A DNA stretch of 64,000 nt from Planctomycetota bacterium (lineage in GTDB: Bacteria > Planctomycetota > UBA11346): assembly GCA_038231435.1 (NCBI GenBank), contig JBBRLJ010000018.1, positions 1-64,000 on the forward strand, given 5' to 3'. The notes beneath the pieces were generated by a model that was not told the DNA's origin, searched no databases, and saw only the letters and a list, made by a program, of their open reading frames with translations. The position numbers were made by a program, and so were the translations under genes. Shown here one piece after another: positions 18,060 through 27,765 of the stretch; positions within the stretch are counted from its first letter, which is position 1, and each line of letters begins with the position of its first letter.

Positions 18060-19412
18060 TCACTCCTTCACCGCGAGGAATTCGAGTCGAGCGTCCGCGT
18101 AATCCGGGGGCAGGTAGATGGCCAGGCTGCGTGTATCGCGGGCGGCCTGCCATTCGTCGCCGTCGCGGCCGAGCTCGAAATAGCTGCAGCCGGCCTGGAT
18201 GGGCACCTCCGACGGAGGCACCGACAGGTAGGTCAGGCGCAGGCCCCGCATCGCCTGCGAGATCAGCGCGTCCATCCGGCCCGACGAGGCGACCTTGGCC
18301 TTGAGCGGGATCTCGCGCAGCACCTTCTCGGACGGGAATGCCGAGGACACCGACAGGTAGAGGCGCGCGCCTTCGAGCACGTGCTCAGGCAGCGCCGCGG
18401 CGAGGACGCGCTCGCCCGCGCGCTGAAGCGACAGCGGCACGTAGCGTGCGGGGACGGCCAACTCGAGCAGCGATCGCAGCGCGCGCTCGATCGCTGAGAA
18501 CGACGCCATGGGATCGTCATGGCGATACGACGGCAGCGCATTCGCCTGCTGCTCCTGCGACAGCGTGCACAACTGCCCGGCGAGCATCGCCATCGCCAGG
18601 AACACATCCTCGGGATGCGCGTCGCCCTGGTCGTGCAGATGGACGAGCCGAGGTATCGCGCCGTTGATGGCGTGCAGCAGCAGGTAGGCCGCGAATTCGG
18701 ACGCGGCGACCTCGATCTGTCCCCGCCCGCGGCTACGCCTCTGGGCGGACAATTCGGCAGCTCGGCCGACCGTCACTTCGATCGTGCGCCGCAAGCAGCC
18801 GCGCAGCGCCGGCGAAGCGGCGAGACTGATGCAGGGCGAAGCAAAGCGTTCGAGCAAGATGATCGCACCGGAGGGATCGCGACCTACCTCCGCGATCTTG
18901 AGCCAGACATGGTTGTCGAGCGGCTCGCCCTCGAACAGCAGGCGCAAGTTGGGCGCCGCGACCGCGATCTCGCGCGGCAGACCGCGTCCATCCGCATCGC
19001 GGATCGGAAGCATGCGCTGGCGGAACCGTGTCGCGCGGCCATCGATCACCCCACCCTCGGACGACGCCGGCGCGCCCGGAGCTTCGCTCGGCGCGGCGAG
19101 GTACACCGCCAATCGCTCCGATCCTGGCGGGATCTCGAGCTGGCGCGACGGCGACGGATCGCCTTCGTTCCCAGCGTTGAACACCAGCCCGTCGGGCATG
19201 ATGCCCTCGCAGGCGATGATGGTGAATGAACCGCTGGAAAGCGCGCGGGTATCGATCGACAAAGAGGACAAACCGTATGCGCGCGGCCGCAGAGCGCGCG
19301 CGAGGCGCTCGAGATGCCAGCGGCCATGGCGGTCAGCCTGCTGGAAATGCTGCGGGACCAGGAACATGCCCTCGTGCCAGAGCACGTGGTGCGAGGCGGA
19401 ATCCAGGCTCAT
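18060..19412 (-). CDS. tssK: Type VI secretion baseplate protein TssK
   Basis: VLWHEGMFLVPQHFQQADR, GIMPDG, HPEDVF, YRHDD, GLRL..L...P.EVP....YFEL. Confidence 0.93.
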   Translation of the reverse strand: MSLDSASHHVLWHEGMFLVPQHFQQADRHGRWHLERLARALRPRAYGLSSLSIDTRALSSGSFTIIACEGIMPDGLVFNAGNEGDPSPSRQLEIPPGSERLAVYLAAPSEAPGAPASSEGGVIDGRATRFRQRMLPIRDADGRGLPREIAVAAPNLRLLFEGEPLDNHVWLKIAEVGRDPSGAIILLERFASPCISLAASPALRGCLRRTIEVTVGRAAELSAQRRSRGRGQIEVAASEFAAYLLLHAINGAIPRLVHLHDQGDAHPEDVFLAMAMLAGQLCTLSQEQQANALPSYRHDDPMASFSAIERALRSLLELAVPARYVPLSLQRAGERVLAAALPEHVLEGARLYLSVSSAFPSEKVLREIPLKAKVASSGRMDALISQAMRGLRLTYLSVPPSEVPIQAGCSYFELGRDGDEWQAARDTRSLAIYLPPDYADARLEFLAVKE

Positions 19413-20014
19413 CGCGAGGCTCCTTTTCCGCTCGATGCATTCGCGCCCGACGGGTCGGCGATGGATCGGTGGCCGCCGGCTGGCTGGGCACCACGGCTTG
19501 ATCCGACTGCGCCGCCTTCCGGATCACGAACCGCGATCGAACATCCGCTCAATTCGAGCAGGCGGTTGTCCAGGTCATCGGCGCGCACAATCGCCACGCG
19601 GGCATCGCGCGCATCGCCATGGCGGCACATCAGCAGCACGCCGATGAACTCGGTATCGCCTGCGCGGTGGCCGAGCGCGACATCGAACGGCTGCTGCTCG
19701 ACCGTGCCCGGATAGACCGTGGCGACCACCCGCTCGCCGATCAGGTCGGTGGCGAGCGTCGGACCATCCGCGAGCCACAGCTGCTCGACCGTGGCTGCGC
19801 GGAAGTGGTCGCTGCGCCGCAGCTGATAGAAGCGCACGTCGACGGGCGTCGATTCGCCGTGCTCGTTCTGGTTGAGTGGGGTGAGTCCGCGCACGTGCGC
19901 CGTGAGGTAGCCACAGCCCCCGAGCGCACCGGTGATGATCGACATCAGGCCCACGCGAGCGGCGTAGACGAATTTGATTCTAATGTTTCTATCGTTGCGT
20001 TTTTGCACGCGCAC
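19409..20014 (-). CDS. tssJ: Type VI secretion lipoprotein TssJ
   Basis: Lipobox ALGG|C; LNQNEHGESTPVDVRFYQLR, vPG, FIGV. First gene of the operon; start uncertain. Confidence 0.8.
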   Translation of the reverse strand: MRVQKRNDRNIRIKFVYAARVGLMSIITGALGGCGYLTAHVRGLTPLNQNEHGESTPVDVRFYQLRRSDHFRAATVEQLWLADGPTLATDLIGERVVATVYPGTVEQQPFDVALGHRAGDTEFIGVLLMCRHGDARDARVAIVRADDLDNRLLELSGCSIAVRDPEGGAVGSSRGAQPAGGHRSIADPSGANASSGKGASR

Positions 20015-20126
20015 ATCTGTACGCGCATGACCAACAACATCAATTGATTAAATCGTTACATTTGATTCTTTTGAGTCACACAGGGTGCGATGTGCTCCGT
20101 AACCAATTTTAATTCTGATAGTTACA

Positions 20127-20954
20127 TCAGATCGCGAAGTCGATCTCCCGTAGCCACGCCGCGCACGCCTCCGTCCACCCTCTCGCGGTCTCCGCGAAAT
20201 CGCTCGCCAGGCCGATCCCGTGCCTGCCCCTGGGATAGACGTGCACCGAGATCGGCACCTTCCTGCCGGCGAGGGCCGCTGCGTACAGCAGGCTGTTCTG
20301 CACCGGCACTGCGCCGTCGTCGGACGTGCTCCACAGGAAGGTCGGCGGGTTGCGTTCGCTGACGCTGGTCTCGAGCGACATGCGCTGGCGCAGTTCAGCG
20401 TCGGGCGGATCACCGAGCAGGTTCGCCATGGAGCCATGGTGGCGATGCTCGCCGAAGCTGATCACCGGATAGCAGCCGATGCACGCCTGCAGGCGCGACG
20501 GCTGGCGCTCGATCGGATCGGCGTGCTCGCGAGCGTCCTCGCCGAAGTTCGCCGCCGAGCAGGCGAGATGCCCGCCGGCGCTGAAGCCCAGGATGCCGAC
20601 GCGCGCGGGATCGACGTTCCATGCCGAGGCACGCGCACGCACCATGCGGATGGCGCGCTGGGCGTCGTCGAGCGGATGCGGATGGCGCCATGGCGAGACG
20701 CGGTAATGCACGACGAACGCGGCGATGCCCAGGGTGTTGAGCCAACGTGCGACCGGGGCGCCCTCGTGTTCAGCGCGACCGGCATAGCCGCCGCCCGGAC
20801 AGATGACCACCGCCGCGCGGGCCTCTCCGCCGGCGAGTGGGAACGGCACCAGATTGGGGATCTCCTTGGCCGCGGCCTCGCCAGCGCGGGCGGGATCGGC
20901 GATGCGACCGGGGACGCCGGAGGGCCACAGGGGTACTGGAACGGGAGCGGTCAT
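20127..20954 (-). CDS. Alpha/beta hydrolase (carboxylesterase / BD-FAE-like)
   Basis: ICPGGGY, GFSAGGH nucleophile elbow, PPTFLW..DD..VP, HVYPRGRHG. Confidence 0.9.
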   Translation of the reverse strand: MTAPVPVPLWPSGVPGRIADPARAGEAAAKEIPNLVPFPLAGGEARAAVVICPGGGYAGRAEHEGAPVARWLNTLGIAAFVVHYRVSPWRHPHPLDDAQRAIRMVRARASAWNVDPARVGILGFSAGGHLACSAANFGEDAREHADPIERQPSRLQACIGCYPVISFGEHRHHGSMANLLGDPPDAELRQRMSLETSVSERNPPTFLWSTSDDGAVPVQNSLLYAAALAGRKVPISVHVYPRGRHGIGLASDFAETARGWTEACAAWLREIDFAI

Positions 20955-21019
20955 GCGAACCTCGCCGTGTGCGGATGGAATTGAACGAAGACGAAGGAAA
21001 CGCGCGGAAGCGCCTGGAC

Positions 21020-21781
21020 TCAGGTCGAGATCATCTTCTGGCGGAGCTTCTCGTCGGGCCGGTTGATCAGGTGATCGACAATCTCGTCGGACAGGCGCGC
21101 GATGCCGCCAGCAGTCAACGCGCCGAGCCGTATGCGCGCCGCCTTGATCGCCATCGCGGTGATCGCCACCGCCTCGGCGCAGCTCGCGCCGAGCGCGATG
21201 ACGCCGTGGTTCTGCATATATACCACCTTGGGCACCGAGCCGTGGTGGCGGCGATAGTCCTCGATGCCGCCGCGGATGGCGCGCGCCAGGGCGACGCCCG
21301 GATCGAGGTACGGGATGAACACCGAATCGCGGCCGAGCACCACCGCCTCGTCAGGGAACATGCGCCCGGACAGCACGGTGGGGAATCCGGTTGAACAGGT
21401 CAGGGCGTTGATCGCCTGCGGATGCGTGTGCGCGACCACCGCCACGCCAGGAAGCGTCAGGCATGCGGCATGGAAGAGCGTCTCGATCGACGGCCGCCGG
21501 CGCTGCGCGGGATCGACCTTGGCGGACTCGTAGGACGCGGCCATGTCGGCCTCGCGCGCGCCGTCCCTCTCGAGCAGCTCGACGACGCCCGCGAAGCGCA
21601 GGTGCACGAAATCCTCGGGCACCATCGCAGCGAGCTGGCAGCCACTGCCCTTGACCAGGAAGGTATCGGCGTCGACCCGTGCCGAGGTGTTGCCCTCGCC
21701 GAGGATCACCGCGTCGAACGCGGATTCCCCGAGCTTGCGCGACATGGCGACGAGATCGTCGCGTACGGTGCCAATGGCCAT
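21020..21781 (-). CDS. Class II aldolase/adducin family protein (rhamnulose/fuculose-phosphate aldolase-like)
   Basis: GEGNTSAR, VKGSG, RPSIETLFH, HTHP, MQNHG metal ligands; GGAGG RBS. Confidence 0.87.
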   Translation of the reverse strand: MAIGTVRDDLVAMSRKLGESAFDAVILGEGNTSARVDADTFLVKGSGCQLAAMVPEDFVHLRFAGVVELLERDGAREADMAASYESAKVDPAQRRRPSIETLFHAACLTLPGVAVVAHTHPQAINALTCSTGFPTVLSGRMFPDEAVVLGRDSVFIPYLDPGVALARAIRGGIEDYRRHHGSVPKVVYMQNHGVIALGASCAEAVAITAMAIKAARIRLGALTAGGIARLSDEIVDHLINRPDEKLRQKMIST

Positions 21782-21846
21782 GTGATGCCTCCTCGCCGAT
21801 CTTGGCGCCCGCCCGCCCCGCGGAAAGACCCTCAATCGAGTTCGCA

Positions 21847-21868
21847 CGATCCTGATAGCACAGGATCG
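21847..21868. promoter_or_regulatory. Inverted repeat CGATCCTG-N6-CAGGATCG in the divergent aldolase/AraC promoter
   Basis: Perfect 8-bp arms. Confidence 0.45.
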
Positions 21869-21912
21869 ATGTACGTGAGGCCCCTACCCCATTCCCAATG
21901 ATTTCTTGGCTC

Positions 21913-21960
21913 TTGGGGGGCAGGCCGGAGGCCGATGTTGGGGGGCCGTAGTCCCCCAAC
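21913..21960 (-). repeat. 48-bp REP-like element, inverted copy of 43484-43531
   Basis: 47/48 identity by eye to the reverse complement of 43484-43531; internal GTTGGGGG...CCCCCAAC hairpin. Confidence 0.9.
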
Positions 21961-22007
21961 AGATAGCACGAAATTGACGCCAGCTGTCCGGTCGGGATAA
22001 TCTGGTC

Positions 22008-22925
22008 ATGGCCGAGGGCACGCCGGAGATCCTGAAGAGCTCACAGCTGCTGCCGCGCACCGGCGTGCCGATCCACATCAATCGGCCGGTGCACGAGGGC
22101 GACATCCCGCTCCACCAGCATGATTTCGTCGAGATCGCCATGGTCATCAGCGGCAAGGGCCTGGTGCGCTCGATCGGCGGGGTGAACACCGCCCATCGTG
22201 GCGATACCTTCGTGCTGCATCCGGGGCAGTGGCACGCGTACGAGCGCTGCCATGGCCTGCACATCTTCAACTGCTGCTTCGGCGCCCAGCTGTTGCAGGA
22301 CGAGCTGAGCTGGGTGGTGGGCGACCCGCTGCTCGGCCCGCTGGTCAGCGGCCGCACCGGTCGTCAGGAGATCATCTCGTTCAACGTCAACGAGGCCGGC
22401 GTGCTGACCTGCCTCGGCATCATCGATCGCATCAAGGCCATCCAAACCGGCGACCCGCTGGCGACGCGCGCCGATACCCTCGGCCACCTGCTGCTGATGC
22501 TGGGCGAGCTCGCGCGCCAACGCGGCAAGGCGCCGGGTCAGACCTCGGCGGCCGAGTCCGCGCATCCGGCGGTCATCCGCGCGATGGAGCTGCTCGAGCA
22601 GGATCTATGCCGCGACTGGTCGCTCGAGGATCTGTCCACCCGGCTGCAGCTGAACCGTTCACATCTGATCCGCCTGTTCCGCAGGCGCACGGGGCTGACG
22701 CCCATGCTGTGGCTGGCGCGACGGCGCGGCGAGCAGGCCGCGGTGATGCTGCTCACCGGCACCAAGCCTGTCGCCCAGATCGGACGCGAGGTCGGCTGGA
22801 ACGACGCGAATTACTTCGCGCGGCGTTTCCGCTCGCTGTTCGGCCTGAGCCCGCGCGAATACCGCGAGCAGCTGCCCTGCCCGGCGGCCCCTCTGCACGC
22901 CCCGCAGGATTGGCTGCAGTGGTGA
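22008..22925 (+). CDS. AraC-family transcriptional regulator (RhaR/RhaS-like)
   Basis: Cupin HQHDFVEI; HTH region SHLIRLFRRRTG...VGWNDANYFARRFRSLFGLSPREYR. Confidence 0.92.
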   Translation: MAEGTPEILKSSQLLPRTGVPIHINRPVHEGDIPLHQHDFVEIAMVISGKGLVRSIGGVNTAHRGDTFVLHPGQWHAYERCHGLHIFNCCFGAQLLQDELSWVVGDPLLGPLVSGRTGRQEIISFNVNEAGVLTCLGIIDRIKAIQTGDPLATRADTLGHLLLMLGELARQRGKAPGQTSAAESAHPAVIRAMELLEQDLCRDWSLEDLSTRLQLNRSHLIRLFRRRTGLTPMLWLARRRGEQAAVMLLTGTKPVAQIGREVGWNDANYFARRFRSLFGLSPREYREQLPCPAAPLHAPQDWLQW

Positions 22926-23048
22926 GATGACGGACTTCCGACTTGAGCTCCAGTGATGTGCTGAAGCGGCCCTGGTGAGCGGCGAGCCAGACCTCGAAGA
23001 GGTCACAAGCGACGTGCGCGCGCGTTGGGAGACGCCACCATCGGAGCC

Positions 23049-25949
23049 ATGAACGACATGCCCATCCGCCTGCGCTTCCGACCCCACCTCTTGGCGACCG
23101 CGCTCGCACTCGCCATGGCGCCGACGCTGTACGCGGCCCAGGCGGCGAAGGTCGAAGCGACCGTGGCCATGAACGGCACGCTCGAGATCACCTGCGACAG
23201 CCGCCCGTTCACGGTCTTGTCGATCGGCGCCTTCGATCCCGCGTGGAAGCACTTCGCGGCGACCGTGGTGCGCGGCGCGGCCGACAAACCGGAGGATGTG
23301 GATGCCGACAAGCGCTTCGAGATCCTGGGACTGGACCACAGCGTCATCGCGGGGCACGCCGGGTTTACGGTCGAGGCGGTCGACAAGCTGCCCGCGGTCG
23401 GCGCCACCTACGCCTTCACTCCTTCAGCCGACGTGTCGCTCAATAGCCTGCATGTCAGTGCGGATTTCGACGTCGCCTCGCTCGCCGGCGGCACCTGGAA
23501 CGCCGATGGCAAGAGCGGTATCTTCCCCACCGCCGCCGGCGAGCCGCCACTCTTCGACGGCCTGGTGCGCAAGCTCTCGTTGTCATCGGTGGTGGGATCG
23601 CTGGCCTTCGCCTTCGCCGAGCCGACGCACGTTCTGCTCCAGGACAACCGCCGCTGGGGCGGTCAGGTGTTCTCGGTACGCATCGGCTACCCGAAGCGCG
23701 ATTACCCGAAGGACAAGCCGGTAGACATCGGCTTCGTCGTCTCGGCTCCCGGCGGCATGTCCCTGGCGATCGACCGCCCGCCGGTGGTGGCCGCCGGCAA
23801 GGACTGGATCCCACTCACTCTCGACCTCGACATCGAGCCGGGATCGGCGCTCGATTTCTCGCGCATGGGCCTCCAGGACGGACCCGCTGGCTCGCACGGA
23901 CGCGTGGTCGCGCGCGCCGACGGGCACTTCGCCTTCGCGAACGACCTCGACACTCCCCGGCGTTTCTACGGCGTGAACCTGTGCTTCACCGCACAGTACC
24001 TCGCCCACGCGGACGCCGACCGGCTGGCCGAGCGGCTGATGCGGCTCGGCTACAACGCCCTGCGCGTCCATCACTACGAGGGCGAACTGGTCGGCCACAA
24101 ATCCGGGACGCTCGAGCACCCCGGAGGCGCCGACTGGGTGCCCGAGAAGATCGATCAGCTCGACTACCTGCTCGCCGCCTGCGCCAAACGCGGCATCTAC
24201 GTCACCACCGATCTCTACGTCTCGCGGCCGGTGTCGCCCGAGGAGCTCGGCCTGGCCACGGGCACGCCGATCGATTTCAAGATCTGCGTGCCGGTGCTGC
24301 CTGCGGCATGGGAGAACTGGCGCGCCTTCTCGCAGCGCCTGCTGACGCACGTGAATCCCTACAACGGGCTGCGCTGGGGCGATGATCCGGCGCTGGCGTG
24401 GATCGCGATGATCAACGAAGGCAACTTCGAGAACTATTACGCGGGCATCGTGAAGATGCCGCAGTGGACCACGGCCTGGAACGCGTGGCTCGCCACCACC
24501 TACCCAGACCGGGCCGCCCAGCTGAAGGCCTGGGGCGCGGAACTGTCGGCCACCGAGGACGCCTCCAAGGGCACCGTGGCGCTGCCGCCGCGACTCGGCG
24601 ACGCGAGCGTGCGCACCCGCGACTGCCTGCTCTTCCTCGCGGTGACCGAACGCAACATGTACCAGCGCATGACCACGTTCCTGCGCAAGGATCTCGGCTG
24701 CAAGGCGCTGTTCACCAACACCAGTTCATGGTGGAACCGCCCGACCAATCAGATGGCCCGCGCCCTGTACGATTACGTGGACGACCATTTCTACGTCGAT
24801 CATCCCGAGTTCCTCGCCGGCGACTGGCGACTGCCGAGCCGCAACGGCAACCGCAACCCGATGTCGCAGGGCGCGCCCGGCGGCCGCAACTGCGCGTTCA
24901 CGCGCGTGTACGGCAAGCCGTTCACCATCACCGAATTCAACTACAGCTCGCCCGGCCGCTACCGCGGAGTCGGCGGCCTGCTCGGCGGCGCGCTCGCCGC
25001 GCTGCAGGATTGGGACGGCATCTGGCGCTTCGCGTACAGCCATAACCGCGACGACGTGCTCGCGCCGCACGCCATGGACTACTTCAACCTCTCTGCGGAC
25101 CCGCTCAACCAGGCCGCCGATCGCGCCGCGCTGCTCTTGTTCCTACGCCGCGATCTCGCGCCGGCGCGCCATCACGTGGCCATCGCCATGTCGGTCGCCG
25201 AGCTCGGCGCCCCACCGACCTCGATCCCGGTCCTGTCCCCGAGCTGGAATTGGATGGCATGGATCACCGGAGTCGGCACCGCGGTGATCGATGAGAACCA
25301 CCCGTTGCCCAAGGACGTGGCGGCGATGGCGCTCGGCTGGCCGGCGGACACGGCATCAGGCGCCTACGCGATGAGCAACGAGGCCTGCATGGCGTGGCTG
25401 AAGGCCCACGACGTCCCGACCCTCGACCAGCCCACCGTGCCCGCGACCAACGACCTGCGGTCCGAGACCCGCGAACTCTGGATCGACGGCCAACATGGGC
25501 GCCTGACCATCGACACGCCGCGCACCGCTGGCGGTTTCGCCGCGAACGGCGAGGCCGTGAAAGCGGCCGGCGCCGGAGTGGACATCGCCGTCGCCGGCGT
25601 TCCCGCCACGGTCTTCGTCAGCTCGCTCGACGCCCAACCGATCCGGGCCAGCTCGCACCTGCTGGTGACCCACCTCACCGATCTGCAGAACACCGGCGTG
25701 CGTTTCGGCGAGGCCGCAGCCACGACGCTGCTCGATTGGGGCAAGTTGCCGCACCTGGTGCGCGCCGGCACCGCCGAGATCAAGATCACCCTCAAGGACG
25801 CGGCGTCATTCAAGGTCTGGGGCCTGACGTCGTCGGGGAAGCGGCGCGATACCGTGGCCACGACCGTCGCGGGCGACGTCCTGACCTTCACCGCCGACGT
25901 CACTGCCGCGGATGGCGCGCGCATGCTCTACGAGATCGCGAAGCCCTGA
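23049..25949 (+). CDS. Secreted clan GH-A (GH5-like) glycoside hydrolase with N-terminal beta-sandwich
   Basis: Signal peptide; FYGVNL, GYNALRVHH, GIYVTTDL, HVNPY..DDPAL..INE (acid/base), DDHFYVDHP, PFTITEFNY (nucleophile). Start 23049 or 23058. Confidence 0.8.
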   Translation: MNDMPIRLRFRPHLLATALALAMAPTLYAAQAAKVEATVAMNGTLEITCDSRPFTVLSIGAFDPAWKHFAATVVRGAADKPEDVDADKRFEILGLDHSVIAGHAGFTVEAVDKLPAVGATYAFTPSADVSLNSLHVSADFDVASLAGGTWNADGKSGIFPTAAGEPPLFDGLVRKLSLSSVVGSLAFAFAEPTHVLLQDNRRWGGQVFSVRIGYPKRDYPKDKPVDIGFVVSAPGGMSLAIDRPPVVAAGKDWIPLTLDLDIEPGSALDFSRMGLQDGPAGSHGRVVARADGHFAFANDLDTPRRFYGVNLCFTAQYLAHADADRLAERLMRLGYNALRVHHYEGELVGHKSGTLEHPGGADWVPEKIDQLDYLLAACAKRGIYVTTDLYVSRPVSPEELGLATGTPIDFKICVPVLPAAWENWRAFSQRLLTHVNPYNGLRWGDDPALAWIAMINEGNFENYYAGIVKMPQWTTAWNAWLATTYPDRAAQLKAWGAELSATEDASKGTVALPPRLGDASVRTRDCLLFLAVTERNMYQRMTTFLRKDLGCKALFTNTSSWWNRPTNQMARALYDYVDDHFYVDHPEFLAGDWRLPSRNGNRNPMSQGAPGGRNCAFTRVYGKPFTITEFNYSSPGRYRGVGGLLGGALAALQDWDGIWRFAYSHNRDDVLAPHAMDYFNLSADPLNQAADRAALLLFLRRDLAPARHHVAIAMSVAELGAPPTSIPVLSPSWNWMAWITGVGTAVIDENHPLPKDVAAMALGWPADTASGAYAMSNEACMAWLKAHDVPTLDQPTVPATNDLRSETRELWIDGQHGRLTIDTPRTAGGFAANGEAVKAAGAGVDIAVAGVPATVFVSSLDAQPIRASSHLLVTHLTDLQNTGVRFGEAAATTLLDWGKLPHLVRAGTAEIKITLKDAASFKVWGLTSSGKRRDTVATTVAGDVLTFTADVTAADGARMLYEIAKP

Positions 25950-25965
25950 TTCGGTCGAGCGGGGA

Positions 25966-27627
25966 TCAGAACGTGTGTGTCGGCGCCTGGACGGCGGGTG
26001 GGGCGAGGGTGAAGAACACCGCCTTGTCCACCCATTGGACCGAGAGCGCATTGGTTGAGGCCAGCGCCTCCAGGACCTGCGACACCGGCGTGTCCGAGAC
26101 GCGCAGCGTCACGGCTGACAGCGGCCTCGCGACCACCTGGGGGTCGACCACGATGTTCACCTTGGTGATCTGCTGCAGGAATCCGAGCGCATCGATGAAA
26201 TCGCTATCTTGGAGATCCAACGTCACCTTCTGCGCGAGCTGGACAGCGGCCTCCGCGGGAGCCTGTGCCAGCGACACGGGTCCGACGGGCAACGGCCCGA
26301 ACTGGACGCCCGAGGCGTCGATGCGGATGGGAGTCTTGGATTGCAGGGCGATGTCGGCGAGGATGTCCACGGCCTTGCGGGATCCGGCCGCCAGCGTGAC
26401 CTCGGCGATCGCACCAGGGTCTCCGGTGCGATCGATGGTGACGCCGGTGGCGAGGCCCACCACCTCGAGGGCATCCGAGACCGTGAGCTTGGAGAGCGGC
26501 AGATCAATCACCTGATCGAGCAATACGCGCTGATCCGCCGGTGTCGGGAACAGGACGATGGCCCCCTTCGCGACCTTCATGGACGCATCGCACAGTTTGG
26601 CGATCCAGCCGGCGGCCTCCTTCGCACGCATGTCCTTCACCTTCAAGGTCAACGTGACATCGCCCATGCGTTCCAGAGAGCACGGAGCGCCCATCGCCGT
26701 CAGGGTGCTGGCGACTTCCGTGATAGGGGAATTCACGAACTCGAAGGTGAGCTTGCGATTCAGCATCTCGGCGTCGGTGATCCGGGGCGCGGTGGACGCG
26801 CTCGGGACCGCGGATGCGACCGTCGGGGCCTCCTGCGAGTGCAGCGTCATCGCGACGGGCGCGGCGATGATGAGCAGTGTCGCCGCGGCGAGTGAGAGCT
26901 TGGTGGCCATGGTGAGGACTCCGATCGTGATGGGGATGGCATGAGTGACGGCATGGGCTTGGCTTGCCAACAGCGCCTGGTGGCCGGCCAAGGATCCGAA
27001 AGCATGGTCATCCACCTGCAGGCTGGACACCACGCCTGCGATCGACAGGTCGTTCACCCGCCGCCCGAGACGATGGCGCAGGCGTTCGAGTCCGCGGTGC
27101 ACGCGGACCTTGGCGGTGCCGACCGGGCAGTGCAATTCGGCCGCAACCTGGTCGAAGCTCATGCCCGCCACCACGTGCAGCACGATGGCGGCGCGCTCGG
27201 CTTCGCGCAGGCGCGACAGCTCGCCGCGCACCAATCTGGCGGTCTCGTCGCGCTCGACACCGGCCCCGACGGGTTCTGAGATGGCTGGCGCCGCTGACGA
27301 GGCGTGATCGCGGTCGCGCGCGGCGGCGCGATGCCGCCCACGCCTGACCTGCAGTGCGGCGTTCGCCGCGACGCGCATGATCCAGCGCAGCGCGTCGCGA
27401 TCGGGATCGGTCCGAGGGTGGAAGCTGGCGGCGTGGTCGCGCAGGGTCAGCAGACATTCCTGGACGGCATCATCGGCGGTACCGGTGTCGCCGGTGAGCC
27501 GGTGAGCCACGCGGTGGATCTCCGGCCCCACCTCGTCGAGCAGCCAGGCCCAGGCGTCGGCATCGCGCGAGGTAGCGAGACGCTTCAGGGCGTCCGCCGG
27601 GCCGGCGATCTGGGTGGCGATGACCAT
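25966..27627 (-). CDS. ECF sigma-70 factor fused to a TM segment and three STN/secretin-N0-like extracytoplasmic repeats
   Basis: Region 2 (ADDAVQECLL, WIMRVAAN); region 4 (ERAAIVLH..GMSFDQVAAELHCPVGTAKVRVHRG); TM LSLAAATLLIIAAPV; repeats LNRKLTFEF, LDQVIDLPL, LAQKVTLDL...ITKVNIVVDP. Confidence 0.85.
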   Translation of the reverse strand: MVIATQIAGPADALKRLATSRDADAWAWLLDEVGPEIHRVAHRLTGDTGTADDAVQECLLTLRDHAASFHPRTDPDRDALRWIMRVAANAALQVRRGRHRAAARDRDHASSAAPAISEPVGAGVERDETARLVRGELSRLREAERAAIVLHVVAGMSFDQVAAELHCPVGTAKVRVHRGLERLRHRLGRRVNDLSIAGVVSSLQVDDHAFGSLAGHQALLASQAHAVTHAIPITIGVLTMATKLSLAAATLLIIAAPVAMTLHSQEAPTVASAVPSASTAPRITDAEMLNRKLTFEFVNSPITEVASTLTAMGAPCSLERMGDVTLTLKVKDMRAKEAAGWIAKLCDASMKVAKGAIVLFPTPADQRVLLDQVIDLPLSKLTVSDALEVVGLATGVTIDRTGDPGAIAEVTLAAGSRKAVDILADIALQSKTPIRIDASGVQFGPLPVGPVSLAQAPAEAAVQLAQKVTLDLQDSDFIDALGFLQQITKVNIVVDPQVVARPLSAVTLRVSDTPVSQVLEALASTNALSVQWVDKAVFFTLAPPAVQAPTHTF

Positions 27628-27699
27628 GTGCACATCCTTCAATGCCGCCGGTGGCGGACTGGTTTCCGGTTTCTTCCGGGCTCCTAGCCAGGGCTTCGC

Positions 27700-27765
27700 C
27701 TGGTGAGGGCGTGGCGAGGGCCTGGCGAGGGCCTGGCGGTAGCCTAGCGATAGCCTAGCGGCTGG
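27700..27765. repeat. 11-bp tandem repeat (CTGGCGAGGGC-like, about 6 units) between the kinase and ECF genes
   Basis: CTGGTGAGGGC GTGGCGAGGGC CTGGCGAGGGC CTGGCGGTAGC CTAGCGATAGC CTAGCGG. Confidence 0.75.
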
